Source: Eledone cirrhosa
Lineage: Eukaryota
Length of the DNA: 64,000 bases
Direction: 5' to 3'
Assembly (NCBI GenBank): GCA_964016885.1
Contig: OZ024760.1
Location: 3,224,001 to 3,288,000, forward strand
Shown one piece after another: positions 11,734 to 24,205 of the stretch. The notes under the pieces are model-generated. The model was not told where the DNA came from. It worked only from the letters and a program-made list of their open reading frames with translations, and ran no database searches. How positions within the stretch are numbered: the first letter of the stretch is position 1; every line of letters begins with the position of its first letter. Position numbers and translations under genes: made by a program.

Positions 11734-11933
11734 GTAAAATCTTCCCATTTTGCTTTATTTCTCCCAGTTTTGGGCCACTTTTTTTCATGGTACTCCCCGT
11801 TTAGGTTTTTAGAGGTTGGCAGGTCTGACCGTGAACCGTTATTTTGGTATTCACACGATTCATTCCATGACAGAATTGATAAAAAAATGTCTGTTTTATC
11901 AAGATTTATTGTGCTACCTAATATGCTATATAC

Positions 11934-12264
11934 CAGAGATTCACAAACCTTTGGGGCCACCGCCTCCCTCGCGACCACATAATTCCCTCAGCACTCCCCA
12001 AACCTATTTCCAGAGAGACCTGCCTACACGTAAATTGTAAATAATATATAATAAATAAAATCGTTAATTTATATATAATAAATATAATATATACTATGTA
12101 TAAATAGATATTATATATTTTTTATTTCACTATATTTATATATAATATGCATCATTTGATATTTAATATACTATTATATCATCTCTAGCGCCCCCACCCT
12201 CCTGGACCTTCTCAACGCCCCACGCAGGGGGGGGGGGGGGGGTCGCCCATTTTCAGAACCTCTA
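11934..12264. mobile_element. Non-autonomous hAT-like MITE with 8-bp TSD
   Basis: Ends CAGAGATTCACAAA and TTTCAGAACCTCTA. Flanks CTATATAC (11926-11933) and CTTTATAC (12265-12272) match 7/8. Confidence 0.75.
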
Positions 12265-12429
12265 CTTTATACTAATGACATTTTACTACGAGAGCCTGAA
12301 GATATTTTTCAGTGCATACTACCCCCTCTTATACACTGTGACAACAATATTTCTGTCACCATAGTACAAAAGGTATCTTTTCTGGAAGGGGGGGGGGGGG
12401 TTACTAACTTTCATTATAAAGTATACTCT

Positions 12430-12565
12430 GTAATGTGGTTGGTGATAGGAAGGGCATCCAGCCATAGAAAACCTACCAAGCACAGAGAGTCAGGAAGGCT
12501 CTTCAGCTGTGTCAAAGTCATGACAATCTCCTCGGTGCTGGTGGCACAATAAAATGCCCTCGGTA
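12430..12565 (+). mobile_element. Fragments of a second SINE-like family
   Basis: GTGGTTGGTGATAGGAAGGGCATCCAGCCATAGAAA and CCTCGGTGCTGGTGGCAC motifs recalled from cephalopod interspersed repeats; single copy here. Confidence 0.45.
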
Positions 12566-13045
12566 GAGCGCGAGAACGTATGTAAGTAATATATAGGTGC
12601 CCTGATCATCAGAGAGGTCTGGCTCTATTTGAGGACTGACTTGGTCTGATAAGACTCGTCCTTGCTAGCAAAATACAAACAAACTGATGTTAAATAATAA
12701 TGATGATGATGATGATATACATAATATACACTATTCTTTTCTGTCTTGGATTCCTGCCCAATTTCTCGTTCGTCTAATATTCCTCTCCTAAATTTTGAAA
12801 TTCCTCTCTTGGGAACCAAGTGCCTCTTGTTTGAGAATCACTGGTCTGAGATTTAATAACTTACCGATTACGTTGTAGTATATATAAATAAACACCCTCA
12901 GAGTATTCTTTAAAGGTAAATTGAAATAAAGAATGACTTATATCCCAAGTAACGTTTCAGATTTGTACTTGTCTGGCCAGTGACTTGATCTGAGACCATG
13001 TGTTGAAATTAAGCAATTACAGCGCTGAAGAGTCATTTTAGCCAT

Positions 13046-13152
13046 GACACAGGCCAGCAATTACCCCAGTGCATTACTGGTGCTTTATTTTATCGACCCC
13101 GTAAAGATGAAAGGTAAAGTTAACCTCGGCAGCATTTGAACTCAGAACGTAA
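13046..13152 (-). mobile_element. SINE subfamily A fragment
   Basis: Reverse complement of B-box, core and tail. Confidence 0.85.
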
Positions 13153-13560
13153 ATGATATATATAATGTAAAGTTAACAGTTTTTGTGTGGTTTTAAAATA
13201 TGGAAAGTTATATTGCCCTGTTTTACACCATGTACCTGTCTTTCTACACCAATTGTAACATGTGTTGATAACATTTTTATATTGATCAGGTCAATTAATT
13301 TTCTTTCAATAAAGGCAATGTTTTAATTTGTTTGGAAGTACAAGATAGAACATTGTTTCTTTATGTGAAACTCATCTGTTGGTGACATTATTTTTGAGGA
13401 AGGGGAGGGGCCCGGTTTCAGAGAAGTGGTGACAGTCTGGGGATTGGGCCTGGAGCGTGTGTTTTTTTTTTTTTTTTTTTTCAGTAGAAAAAACCCTACA
13501 GATACAAACATGCGAACGTGAGACTCGAATCCCTTTTTATCCTTTACTTTACTTTGAGAA

Positions 13561-13693
13561 GGCGGCGAATATCGGACACAATGCTTTGCGGTACTTGTTC
13601 CGGCTCTCCGTGTTCTGAGTTCAGAACCCATCGAGGTCAAATTTGCTTTTCAACATTTCTAGATGGATTAAAAAACCAACTGTACCAGTACGG
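13561..13693 (+). mobile_element. Old divergent SINE copy
   Basis: GGCGGCGAAT head, GTTCTGAGTTCAGA, GAGGTCAAATTTGCTTTTCA, GTACCAG. Confidence 0.6.
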
Positions 13694-13769
13694 GACTGCT
13701 GTCCATTCTTCATTTATATATCTTTCTCCCTTCCTCTCTCTTTCTACATATATTTATTTACTGTGGGGG

Positions 13770-13950
13770 CTCGAGGGAAAAAAACCCACAGTTAGATAAA
13801 GTACTCAATACGTTAGTAGAGAAGATATTTATTTATTTCATATAGAAAGAACTCCTACAAGACTAGAACTGTTTCCGTTTTATTCGTTTGAAATCATCAG
13901 GGGATTTCAAACGAACGAAACAGTTTTAGATGTCATTTCTATATGAAACA
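13770..13950 (-). mobile_element. Family 1 hammerhead element with foldback
   Basis: Minus strand CC-CTGATGA-TTTC-aaac-GAAT-(aaaacg insert)-GAAA-CAG-ttctagtc-TTG-TA-GG, then AATAAA and ATTGAGTACT. An inverted partial copy GATTTCAAACGAACGAAACAG follows at 13903. Confidence 0.65.
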
Positions 13951-14356
13951 GATAAATATATAAATAAATAAATAGGTGATCGGAAGAAGATAGATAGTGG
14001 GCTATAAGAATCGATGTGAATGAACGAGTGGGAATGAGAGGAAAAAAAGTCGATAGAGAGAGAGACAGTGTGTATTATGTAAAGGGGAAACACAGAGAGT
14101 ATGAGAAAGAGAGCGAGGTCAACTGGCGGCCATTTGGAACGCTGTCTCGTGTGTGTGGCTGATGGATTACTTTAATAGTTTACTACTTCTCTTTACACAA
14201 TATATCTAATTATCTCACACTCTTTCTGTGTGTGTGTGTGTGTACACACATACACATATATATGGGTTGTTTATTTATATATTATATAGAGGAATACATA
14301 CATAACTGGCGCACACACAGACACACACACAGACACACACACATATATATATATAA

Positions 14357-14480
14357 CAAAGAGGGTGTGGTAAGATACCAGGTGGACCATTACGCACTAG
14401 AGTACTCAATACTTAGGGTAGTAGAGTAGGTAATAGGAAAAGAGTCAGGACCCCGGCAGGTGAGTTCCGGCCGTTTCGAG
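14357..14480 (-). mobile_element. Family 2 element copy
   Basis: GTGTGGTAAGATACCAGGTGGACCAT..GAGTACTCAATACTTAGGGTAGTAGAG..GGACCCC..GGCCGTTTCGA, next to (TA)n. Confidence 0.75.
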
Positions 14481-14627
14481 TCTTTTCATATATATAATAA
14501 ACTATATTATACTATATTTTTCTGGCAATATTATAACATGTCTCTCCCCAAATATATATATATAGATATATGTATATATATATATAACCTGTTGATTTAC
14601 ACTTCTTGTTTATATATATATTATTTT

Positions 14628-14776
14628 ATCCCAGGTTCAATCAGGGGTAACCACAGTAAGTAAGGTACTTACTACATTGCAGAGTATATATATTTAATAT
14701 AGAAATGGCTTCTACAGGACTAGAACTGTTTCATTCGAAGGAAATCATCAGAAGACCCCCGCCCCAGTAAAAGCCA

Positions 14777-14780
<4 letters not shown>
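14628..14780 (-). mobile_element. Family 1 hammerhead element
   Basis: Minus strand TT-CTGATGA-TTTC-cttc-GAAT-GAAA-CAG-ttctagtc-CTG-TA-GAAGCC, followed by tail AGTACCTTACTTACTGTGGTTACC, also seen inverted at 6675-6710. Confidence 0.7.
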
Positions 14781-14990
<210 letters not shown>

Positions 14991-15029
14991 AGATGGCTTC
15001 TACTGGACTAGAATATATATCCATATGTA

Positions 15030-15260
15030 GTTGACGGTCGAGAGAAAAGAGTACTCAATGTGGAAGTAGTTTAAATATTCATTTTATTAAAGCTAAATAG
15101 TGACTCTTACTACTCTGGAGTTATACCTGTTTGGCACAGGGTCATCAGGTGATTTCCCTGTGAGATGCAGGTGAAACTCTAGAATAACAAGACTCACGCC
15201 TAATGATTCTCTCAGAATTTGCTCCGAAATCATTAGACGAGTCCGAAATCATCAGACAGA
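15030..15260. mobile_element. Family 3 hammerhead-like element with foldback
   Basis: Minus strand 15148-15102: CTGATGA-C-CCTGT-gccaa-ACAGG-T-ATAA-CTC-loop-GAG-TC, then AATAAA and ATTGAGTACTC. Plus strand 15156-15195 carries the inverted copy CCCTGT-gagat-GCAGG-T-GAAA-CTC. Related relic at 447-500. Confidence 0.55.
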
Positions 15261-15356
15261 TCGACACAATGATCGCGTCTCGAGCTGTCCGCCGGCGAAA
15301 CAATTGTAACACACAATAAATTGAGTTCAGATGCATCACTGATTTTTCGTTTTATG

Positions 15357-15390
<34 letters not shown>

Positions 15391-15393
<3 letters not shown>

Positions 15394-15535
15394 TTCGAAT
15401 CTAGCTATTGAAACGGCTGGAGCTTAGCCGTTGGGGTCTCGATCTTTTCATTTTAGCTACTCTACTATCCCTAGTATTGAGTACTCTTGTGAATAATGGC
15501 CTAAAGAATTTTACCGCTACTATTCTGATATATAA
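15391..15535 (+). mobile_element. Divergent family 2 element
   Basis: GAAA-CGGCT-ggagctt-AGCCG-TT-GGGGTC ... ACTCTACTATCCCTAGTATTGAGTACTC, between (TA)n tracts. Confidence 0.65.
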
Positions 15536-15679
15536 TAAATATATATATAAAGTAGTAACACAACAGTTAGTTCACCATACCAAACTCGTCCCATGGACTG
15601 AGTGCTCTACTACTACGGATATTACTTTCCAGTGTTCTACATTTATATATAGTCATAATAAAAAATGTGAAGACTTAAT

Positions 15680-15724
15680 GTGAAGACCCCGTTAAGGGTG
15701 AAAGCAACGATTATTTGCTTAATC
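15680..15724 (+). ncRNA. Hammerhead-like motif (C3 mutated)
   Basis: GTGAAGA-C-CCC-gttaa-GGG-T-GAAA-GCAA-cgattat-TTGC-TT. Stems II and III pair, stem I does not. Confidence 0.4.
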
Positions 15725-16039
15725 TTTAATCTGTTAATATATATCTATATATATATATAACATGGGAACGTACCTATATATTTCTGTAAGCACTGCGCGT
15801 GTAAACCTTTTAAAATTAATTAAACACACTGGACGGTTGTAAACAAATGTATTTATATATACACACACACACATACGCACGCATATATATATACATATAT
15901 ACACACACACATATATGTATATATACACATATATATACTATTGTGAGAATATGAAGGATCAGCTGGACTTAATGCTATCGTTTAATGACATACTTTACAT
16001 AACTTTCTTAGTTTTTTTTTTATCCATGTATCCATATGT

Positions 16040-16094
16040 ACATGTGTGTGTATGGACAAGCATATGTCTATATATATGTAACGTGTGTGTGGAC

Positions 16095-16135
<41 letters not shown>

Positions 16136-16377
16136 CAGATATATATGCATATATTTCTGCCTATATATGTGCATATATATATGCATATATTTATATATAT
16201 GTATATGCATATATTTCTGCCTACATATGCACATATATATATATATATATATAAATTTATGCATGTATGTATATATATATATATATATATCGGTATGTAT
16301 GTATATATATATATGTACATATATTTATTTATGTATGTATATATATATATGTATATATATTTATGTATGTATGTATG

Positions 16378-16461
<84 letters not shown>

Positions 16462-16690
16462 CATGTGTGTATGTATGCACACCTGTGTATGTATATATAT
16501 ATAAATGTGTGTGTGTATATGTATATATAAGTGTGTGTGTTTGCAAAGATGTATCTGAATGCATGTGCCTGCGTGTGTGTGCATATGTATGTGCGTGTGG
16601 CTGGGTATTTATGCATGCACACGTGTGTATTTTCGCAGAGATGTATGCCTGTGACCATCTGCGTCTGTGTGTCCGTGCGCCTGTTGTATA
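16040..16690. repeat. (TA)n/(TG)n low-complexity tract
   Basis: Direct reading. Confidence 0.95.
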
Positions 16691-16694
16691 TATA

Positions 16695-17022
16695 CAGTAG
16701 TCTCCCGCGAAGAGTGAAAAACCGCGAACATTGAACGTGGTCCATAAAAATGCCTATAAATGTCAAAATATAACGTAAAAAAAAAATAAAAGATAGAGCG
16801 TCTTATGCAAAGGGGCGTCCAATAGGCTGGCAAATATAGTATATTGTTATTAATAATTTAGCGTTAAGAAATATATATATTGCCACGAAAAAAGCCATTA
16901 AAAAAATCGCGGAAGATATTTACGGTTCCGCGAATATCTGGTGGTTTCCACGAACAATTATTAGTTAGGTTCTATGGAAAATTCCGCGAATAACCGGCAC
17001 CGCGAATGCCGGGCTTACACTG
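16695..17022. mobile_element. pogo/Tigger-like non-autonomous DNA transposon
   Basis: TA|CAGTAGTC..CCCG start, CGGG..ACACTG|TG end, repeated subterminal CCGCGAA motifs. Confidence 0.55.
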
Positions 17023-17160
17023 TGCATGTATAATTGCAATTATACATACACACACGTCTTCTTGTGTTGCAAAATTTAACAAAATTTAATTTTTATGAAT
17101 GAACTGTTAAAGTATGTTGACAAATTTAAAATTCAACGATTACCCTACTACTACGCTCTC

Positions 17161-17161
17161 T

Positions 17162-17209
<48 letters not shown>

Positions 17210-17309
17210 TCCTTCCTTCCTTCCTTCCTTCCTTCCTTCCTTCCTTCCTTCCTTCCTTCCTTCCTTCCTTCCTTCCTTCTTTCCTTCCTTCCTTCCTTCC
17301 TTCCTTCCT
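17161..17309. repeat. (TTTC)n-(TTCC)n microsatellite
   Basis: Direct reading. Confidence 0.97.
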
Positions 17310-17525
17310 TTTTGCCCTCACCCCTCTCTCGCTCTCTTATCTCTTTCCTTTCTTTCTCATTTGCTCCTTCACTGTTTTTACTTGGGTGTTACCAATGTAT
17401 GACTGGTATTTGGGAGGGAGCATACTTTTACGGCAATCGGCGACACCAAGTGAAGATACATTGGTAAAATAATTATAATTTCTTGGCGCTTAAACAAGAC
17501 AGTGAAATAAATACTAATTTTGAAA

Positions 17526-17745
17526 ATAATCATTTCTACTGTAGGCACAAGGCCAGCAATTTGGGGAGAGGGGAAAGTCGATTGAATCGACACCAGTGCA
17601 TTACTGGTGCTTTATTTTATCGACCCCGTAAGGATGAAAGGCAAAGCTAAGCTCGGCGGGATTTGAACTCAAACCGTAAAAGACCATAACTCTATGTTGC
17701 AAATCATGGTGTCCGACGCCCCACCGATACTGCCAATCCGCCACC
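17526..17745 (-). mobile_element. Full-length SINE (long-tail variant)
   Basis: Reverse complement of head, B-box, core and tail. Confidence 0.9.
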
Positions 17746-18375
17746 CTTAAAATGCAACGATTTCCAGACTAATTTTGAAAATAATAATAGTTATCAAGTC
17801 AAATAAAACAAGAAATATATAAATTTAAAAATGCATAAATATAGAAATTAAAAAAAAAATCTATAAATCTATGAAAAATAACACTATAATTTACTACATT
17901 AGTATTTGTTGAACAGGATCCATGACGCTCAAACAATATAAATATAGCTTTAAAGAAAGCTGGGATTTTAGGGAAAAAATAACAGTAAAAAAATGAGAAA
18001 TGGAATATCCATTTTGCTACATAATTATTCCATTCGCCAAAAAAAAAAAGAAACTTGAAAAGGAAAAAAATCCTCTACATTCGTAAGTGCCTACATTAAA
18101 AAAAATATAAATAATAATCTATGCTCCTCCCCACTGTCGCTCTCTCTCTTGGGTTCACTTTGTTTATACAAATCTAAAGAACTCATAGTTTCAGAGTCAC
18201 ACCTCATCATTACATAATAAATTATATATATTATGTAATTTTCCATGGTTTCGAGCCGGAATATGAACGAAACACGTGTAATGAGAATAAACGTTTGTTA
18301 AACTATTATTTCATTCTCCTTTTTTGTTGTTACATATAGTCTGCGTATCGAATGCCAAACATTTATTGCAATATA

Positions 18376-18440
<65 letters not shown>

Positions 18441-18606
18441 CTGTAAGGTAATCATCCTGTCATTACCATAACGGAAGTCCGATGAGCTTTTGATTTCAGA
18501 GTCGGGCCCCAATCGAAACAGATCGAACCTTGAGCTGATCAATCGCGAAACGTGCGTCATACCTGAAAATTTAACACCTCGTTCGTTTTATAATAATAAT
18601 AATAAT

Positions 18607-18657
<51 letters not shown>

Positions 18658-18702
18658 ATTTGAGGAATTTTATGATGTAAATATCAGGTTTGATGGAAGG
18701 AA

Positions 18703-18855
18703 AATGGTTTAGTGGTTAGATTGCTGGGCCCACAATCGTAAGCTGGTGAGTTCGATTCCCTGACTGGGTGGTGTATTGTGACCCTGTCACGCTGTCCTAC
18801 GAAGACACTGCTGCCAGGCTGTATCAGCCTTTGCCTTTCCCCTGGACAACATAAT
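18703..18855 (+). mobile_element. Second tRNA-derived SINE family, degenerate
   Basis: TGGTTTAGTGGTTAG A-box, CACAATCGTAAG..GTGAGTTCGATTCCC B-box. Head shared with 33250 and with 22240-22335 (minus). Confidence 0.65.
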
Positions 18856-18887
18856 ATGTAGTGTGGATACATTATATTATATACAGG

Positions 18888-19073
18888 GCGATGGATTAGC
18901 AGTATCGGTAGAGGGTCGGATATGCTTTCCAGCGTAGTTACGTCCCTTTACGATCTGAGTTCAAATCCCGCCGAGGTTAACTTTGCCTTTCATCCTTACG
19001 GGGTCGATAAAATAAAGTACCAGTAATTATACTGCGTAATTGCTGGCCTTATGCCAAAAAGTAGAAACAATTA
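18888..19073 (+). mobile_element. SINE subfamily A
   Basis: Near-identical to the 1464 and 9671 copies. Confidence 0.9.
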
Positions 19074-19080
19074 TATTATA

Positions 19081-19110
19081 CTAGCATTAAAGCCCGGCGT
19101 TGCTCGGGGT
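19081..19110 (-). mobile_element. Helitron-like 3' terminus
   Basis: Minus strand CCCGA-gcaacg-CCGGG hairpin followed 8 nt later by CTAG|T. Confidence 0.5.
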
Positions 19111-19470
19111 CATTAAGTTACCAAAGTTAGGTTGCACCACCCATTTTATGGCAGCACTTTTTTGTCTGCCAGGCACTGGGTGAATGAATTGCAGACCTGG
19201 AAGCAGGAGCTGCGCCAGCAGTGACAATTGTAGTTTCGCCTATGGATATTATCTCTGTGCAAAAAAGTGTTGAAATTTATTGTTTCACGGTACTTGCGCA
19301 ACACGCGCGTAGACGATGCCAGCCGAACAACAGAGCTGCGAGGGAGTTGTTCTGCATGGTTGTCTGTGTGTTTTCTAAATTTAAGACAGTAGGGAGGGTT
19401 GTGATATGAGGGAGAGTTAGCTGTTGTTTCTAGCAGGTTTAGTGACCTCATAGAGGATATGTGTTTTCTA

Positions 19471-19735
19471 AGGCAGCGATTTGTCAGAGTCGTTAAGACG
19501 CCGGATAGAATGCTTTACGGTATTCGTCCCATCTCCTTGTGTACTCTGAGTTCAAGTCCCGAGGTGGTCAACTTTGCCTTTCATCTTTTCGAGGTCGACA
19601 AAAACAATTACCAGTCCAGTACTGGGGCCGATTCTTCCTCTATAGAAACAAATGGGCTGTGTTCAGACCTGGAGAGGGTTGGGCTCCACCAGGTTTAACA
19701 GTGCCCTAGACACGCCGTATGACGGTGCCTCTATG
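19471..19735 (+). mobile_element. SINE subfamily B
   Basis: Aligns by eye along its length with 6361-6603. Confidence 0.85.
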
Positions 19736-20366
19736 ACTCTACAAGGAGTTATCGGATCGTTGTCCTATTATCTTTTTATAGTGTATATATTTCATAGTAT
19801 ATATATATATATATATATTATAGTATATATAGGAGTTGCCAAACTGTATCAAACTTTGCCTTTCCCTTGGACAGCATCGATGTAGTGGTGAGGGTAGATT
19901 TAAATGTGAGGGGAACTGCTGGTGTTCCTACCCGGTCTTTTGCCCCTGAGAGGCCAGTCAGTCAGTTCCACAACTCAAATCCAGTCATGATTGAAGGGCT
20001 TCCCTCTCTCCTCTCCCACTTTTTTGCCTGGATTGATGCTGGAGGTTTTTCAAAAAATATTTCATAACGATATATTTTTTTATCTTTTATTTTGCATCAC
20101 TTATTTTATATAACTATATGTTTAGATTGCTTGGTGTTTTATTGACGGGGTATTCATTAGTTACCCCGGGGTTGTTGTGTGATGTTTGTGGGATTGGAGG
20201 GGGTAGGGCGTATGTATGGTGTGTTTTTTTTTGTTGTTTTTTGAGAGGGGCAGGTATTGTGCTATATGTATTACTTTCGGCTTGTTGTTAGACAATAATG
20301 GCGTCATTTCCGGTGTTTTGTGTTATGTTTCCAGTGATCTGGTATTTGATTAGGTGAGTTTGGGGG

Positions 20367-20530
20367 ATGTGTGTGTGTGTACGTGTGTGTACGTGTGCCT
20401 GCCTGCTAGCGTGTGTGTGTATGTGTCAGTGTGTGAATATGTTTCTGTTTATATATATATATATATATATGTGTGTGTGCCTGTGTGTACGTGTATGTGT
20501 GCCTGCGAGTGTATATGTCTGTGTTCATGA

Positions 20531-20570
<40 letters not shown>

Positions 20571-20802
20571 AATAGGTATATATATACTGTATATATATGT
20601 GTGTGTGTAATAGGTATATATATGTGTGTGTGTATATGTATATATGTGTGTGTGTATATATATATGTGTGTGTTTATATGTGTGTATGTGTATATGTATA
20701 TATATATGTGTGTGTGTGTGTGTGAATATATATGTGTGTGTGTATGCGTATGTGTGTGTGTATTTATATATGTCTATATATATGTGTGTATGTGTATTTA
20801 TA
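20367..20802. repeat. (TG)n/(TA)n low-complexity tract
   Basis: Direct reading. Confidence 0.93.
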
Positions 20803-21282
20803 TGCCAGTTTTACGCTGCAGTGACTCTGGTTCTTTTCATGTCCTTTATTCTCTGTTTCATGCAGAAGCCTTTCTATGTTTCATGTTAATCTGTTTGTTT
20901 TAATCCTGTCAACAGTTTATCGGCCAAGGTTCCAGCCGTGACCACCTCACTTTCTTTTGTGATATATTGATTTAAGGATTGCTTTGAAGATTTTTTCTTT
21001 GTGTATTTTTTCCTTTTGAATGATGCTTTTTAAAAATTCATTTTAAAGATGGTAGTGTTTTTAATATGGGGGGGGGGGGGGGGGTTGGATGATGGGATAT
21101 GTATAGAGGAGATTGGGTATTATTTTTAGCAGATCAGGTAACCACATAGTAGTTCCTATGGTTGGTTGGAGTACATAAGCGTTCGCTCGTACCTAGTCAG
21201 TCTTTTCACCAAACAACCTCGACTAAGGTTTTACCTGGGGCTCTATTACAACAACAACAATAACAATAACAACAATAAGAAC

Positions 21283-21506
21283 CAGGGCCGTTATTAAGCC
21301 ATTGCCGGATCTTTAGGCTTTCAGCAGACATTTTCCTCCCCCTCTTCTCGGCACTTCAACACCTCCCTCCGACTACTACAGCCAAAAAAAAGAGCAAAAA
21401 AAAACAAAACAAAAAAAAAACGAAAACGAAAGGAAAGCATGGGCCCCTAGTCCGTCTGGAGCACATATCCATCGGCCTAGTCCGCTTTATGAATAATCTG
21501 GCCTTG
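21283..21506. mobile_element. hAT-like MITE
   Basis: CAGGGCCGTTATT ... AATAATCTGGCCTTG termini. Flanks ATAAGAAC and ACAACAAC (6/8) within an (AAC)n tract. Confidence 0.5.
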
Positions 21507-21942
21507 ACAACAACAACAACAACAACATGGGCAACGACGATGACGACGACGATAATATCAAGAGAAGAAAAAAAAAATGTATCAGCACTTTCAAGACTCC
21601 ATGTCGGAAGTGAAAGCATGAAAAAACGTAGCCATATTGTTTCCGTCGTACAGTAAGCAGCGTCTGATCAGTGATGTGTAGAGAGAAGCTGGGAGGTAAC
21701 ATGGTGAGAGGTTTTATGAGGGGAGTGTGGTGGGTCTTATAGGGTCTTTGTGGTCATACGGCATGTCGGGAGATTGTACAGTTGGGTGTGGGGAAATATA
21801 ATGGAACTCAAGGAACAAAATAATAATGGTAAATAAAATAAAATAAAATAAAATAATGCATTTTAAATATTACTTTTATTTTTTTTCAAATTATATTTGG
21901 TAAAACAAGAAACAAGCAAATTAAATTGAAATGCCTTATTAT

Positions 21943-22100
21943 TGGTTTGGCAGCATCGGTAGAGCGTCAGACACCATGCTTTGTTCCGACCCTTTACGGT
22001 CTGATTTCAAATCCCGCCGAGGTTGGCTTTGCCTTTCATCCATTGTTCGATAAAATATAGTACCAGTAACGCACTGGTACTTGTACCAAAAGTAGAAACA
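21943..22100 (+). mobile_element. SINE subfamily A, internally deleted
   Basis: Head, core and AAAAGTAGAAAC tail. Confidence 0.8.
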
Positions 22101-22199
22101 TATAGCAATCAACAGTCGATCGACAAGATCCCAGACCTCATTCGCTTAACAAGTAGGGTGGAGCTCGTCAAATCGGACCGAGGAAACAGTGTTTCCATT

Positions 22200-22335
22200 G
22201 GTCTTTCAATTGCTAATACTATCTATCGGTCGCAAATGCAAGCAGAAGGAGCAACGTGAAATAAAGAGTCTTGCTCAAGGACATAACGCATCGCCCAGTT
22301 CGAGAATCGAAATCACAACCTCACGATTGCGAATT
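22200..22335 (-). mobile_element. Second SINE family fragment (CORE-like)
   Basis: Minus strand CAATCGTGAGGTTGTGATTTCGATTC..GTTATGTCCTTGAGCAAGACTCTTTATTTCACGTTGCTCC. Confidence 0.65.
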
Positions 22336-22389
22336 GAATCTTCATTACATATAGCAATATGTATGTATGGTGCCATAACTCCTGATAGA

Positions 22390-22704
22390 GTCGTAGGAGC
22401 GCCGTATTGACATACGGCGTTTCTTGGGCATTTTAAGCCTGGCGGAGCCCATCCCTCTCCAGGCCTGAGTACATCAGATCTCTTCTAGAGAAAGATAGAT
22501 AGATAGAGAGAGAGAGGAAATGAGAAAGAGATATAGAGGAAGAATCGACATCAGTACTTGACTGGTACTTTTTTTTTATCCACCTCGAAAGGATGAAAGG
22601 CAATGTTGAAATATGAAAGGCGGGATTTGAACAGTGAGAGCAGCGAGCCGAAACGACTACCATAAAGCATTTTATCCGACGTTCTAACGACTCTGCCGCC
22701 GCCA
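22390..22704 (-). mobile_element. SINE subfamily B with internal microsatellite
   Basis: Reverse complement of GGCGGCGGCAGAGTCGTTAG head, core and subfamily B tail. Confidence 0.8.
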
Positions 22705-22747
22705 CATATAGCAATAAGAAGTAGTATTTCACTGAATTATACTAACT

Positions 22748-22925
22748 TTGGACGGATGAAAGGAAAAGTTGACTTGGCTGGGTTTCGAACACAGAACGTA
22801 AGTACAAAAAAAGGGGGTAGGTAAGGGGTGATGCAGGGTGTGAAGGGGGAGGGGCGTAACCACATATCTCAATTTCAAAGTGTTTTTTATCCGGCGCTTT
22901 TTAACGATTCTTGCTAATCCACCTC
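22748..22925 (-). mobile_element. Old degenerate SINE copy
   Basis: GGATGAAAGGAAAAGTTGACTTGGC..GAACACAGAACGTAA and AACGATTCTTGCTAATCC. Confidence 0.55.
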
Positions 22926-23913
22926 GTTAAACACGTTATTATAATTACTGACTATTGTCCTGTTTAACAATTAGATCTGTTTAACCTAACCCCCTTTTTT
23001 CCTCCGTCCCCCTCTTCCGACACATCAACATAACGTCAATTGCACATGTGCACTTTAAATGTGCAGCAAGCATCACAGAGGCGACGCCGCGGTTTCAATT
23101 CCAGATTATAGTAATTTTTACATCATCTACTTTGTTACCGCCTTTTTATTTATTTACCTATATTTATTTATCTCTTTATTTGTTTATATATTTATTTGTT
23201 GTTCATTATATACGTATATATATATATATGACGTTACCTCCAAAAGATCCCTTTATAAATCACATAACATGTGCCTCCCCCCCCTTTCTCTCTCTCTCTC
23301 TGTATATATATATATATATAATGTGTATGTGTATATATATGTATGTGTATATATATGTATATATATGTATATATATATGTGTATATATATATATGTATAT
23401 ATATATGTGTGTATATATATATATATGTATATATATATATACACATATGTAAGAAATCAATACTCTATTTGTGCCTTCCTCTCCACCAACTCCTTCATAT
23501 GTTTGCCTCCTACTCCTCCCCCTCCTCACACTCACACTCGTACTCGTACTTCCACCCATCGATCTTTATCCTTCCGCTCACCCTCAATTCAGTTTCCTCC
23601 ACCAGATCATCCTCCCCACCCTCCATACCGCACCACACCACATACCTATCTATCGTTTCTGTGTCTGTGTGTCAGTACTGCTTCACCCCTCCCCACACAC
23701 ACACACACATACATACATATATACGCACACACATACATATATACACACACATACATACATATACACACATACATATACACACATACATATACACCATACA
23801 TATACACACATACATATACACACACACATATACAGCCCCACCCCCCACACCGATCCTCACCCCTCGTTTGCCAAATAATAAAGCAGCCAATAGATTGTTA
23901 TTTCATCGTTATG

Positions 23914-24205
23914 GGGTGGTGGTGGTGGTGGTATTGCTGGTGGTGGTGGTGTTGCTGGTGGTGGTGGTGTTGCTGGTGGTGGTGGTGGTGTTGCTGGTGG
24001 TCGTGGTATTGCTGGTGGTGGTGGTGTTGCTGGTGGTGGTGGTGTTGCTGGTGGTGGTGGTGGTGTTGCTGGTGGTCGTGGTATTGCTGGTGGTGGTGGT
24101 GTTGCTGGTGGTGGTGGTGTTGCTGGTGGTGGTGGTGTTGCTGGTGGTGGTGGTGTTGCTGGTGGTGGTGGTGTTGCTGGTGGTGGTGGTATTGCTGGTG
24201 GTGGG
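23914..24205. repeat. 15/18-bp (GGT)n-GTT-GCT minisatellite
   Basis: GGTGGTGGT(GGT)GTTGCT units. Confidence 0.95.

Noticed and set aside
18703-18770. tRNA gene
   Set aside because: A and B boxes are present but no complete cloverleaf is visible, and the sequence continues into a SINE body; the same applies to the other GAGTTCAAATCC sites.
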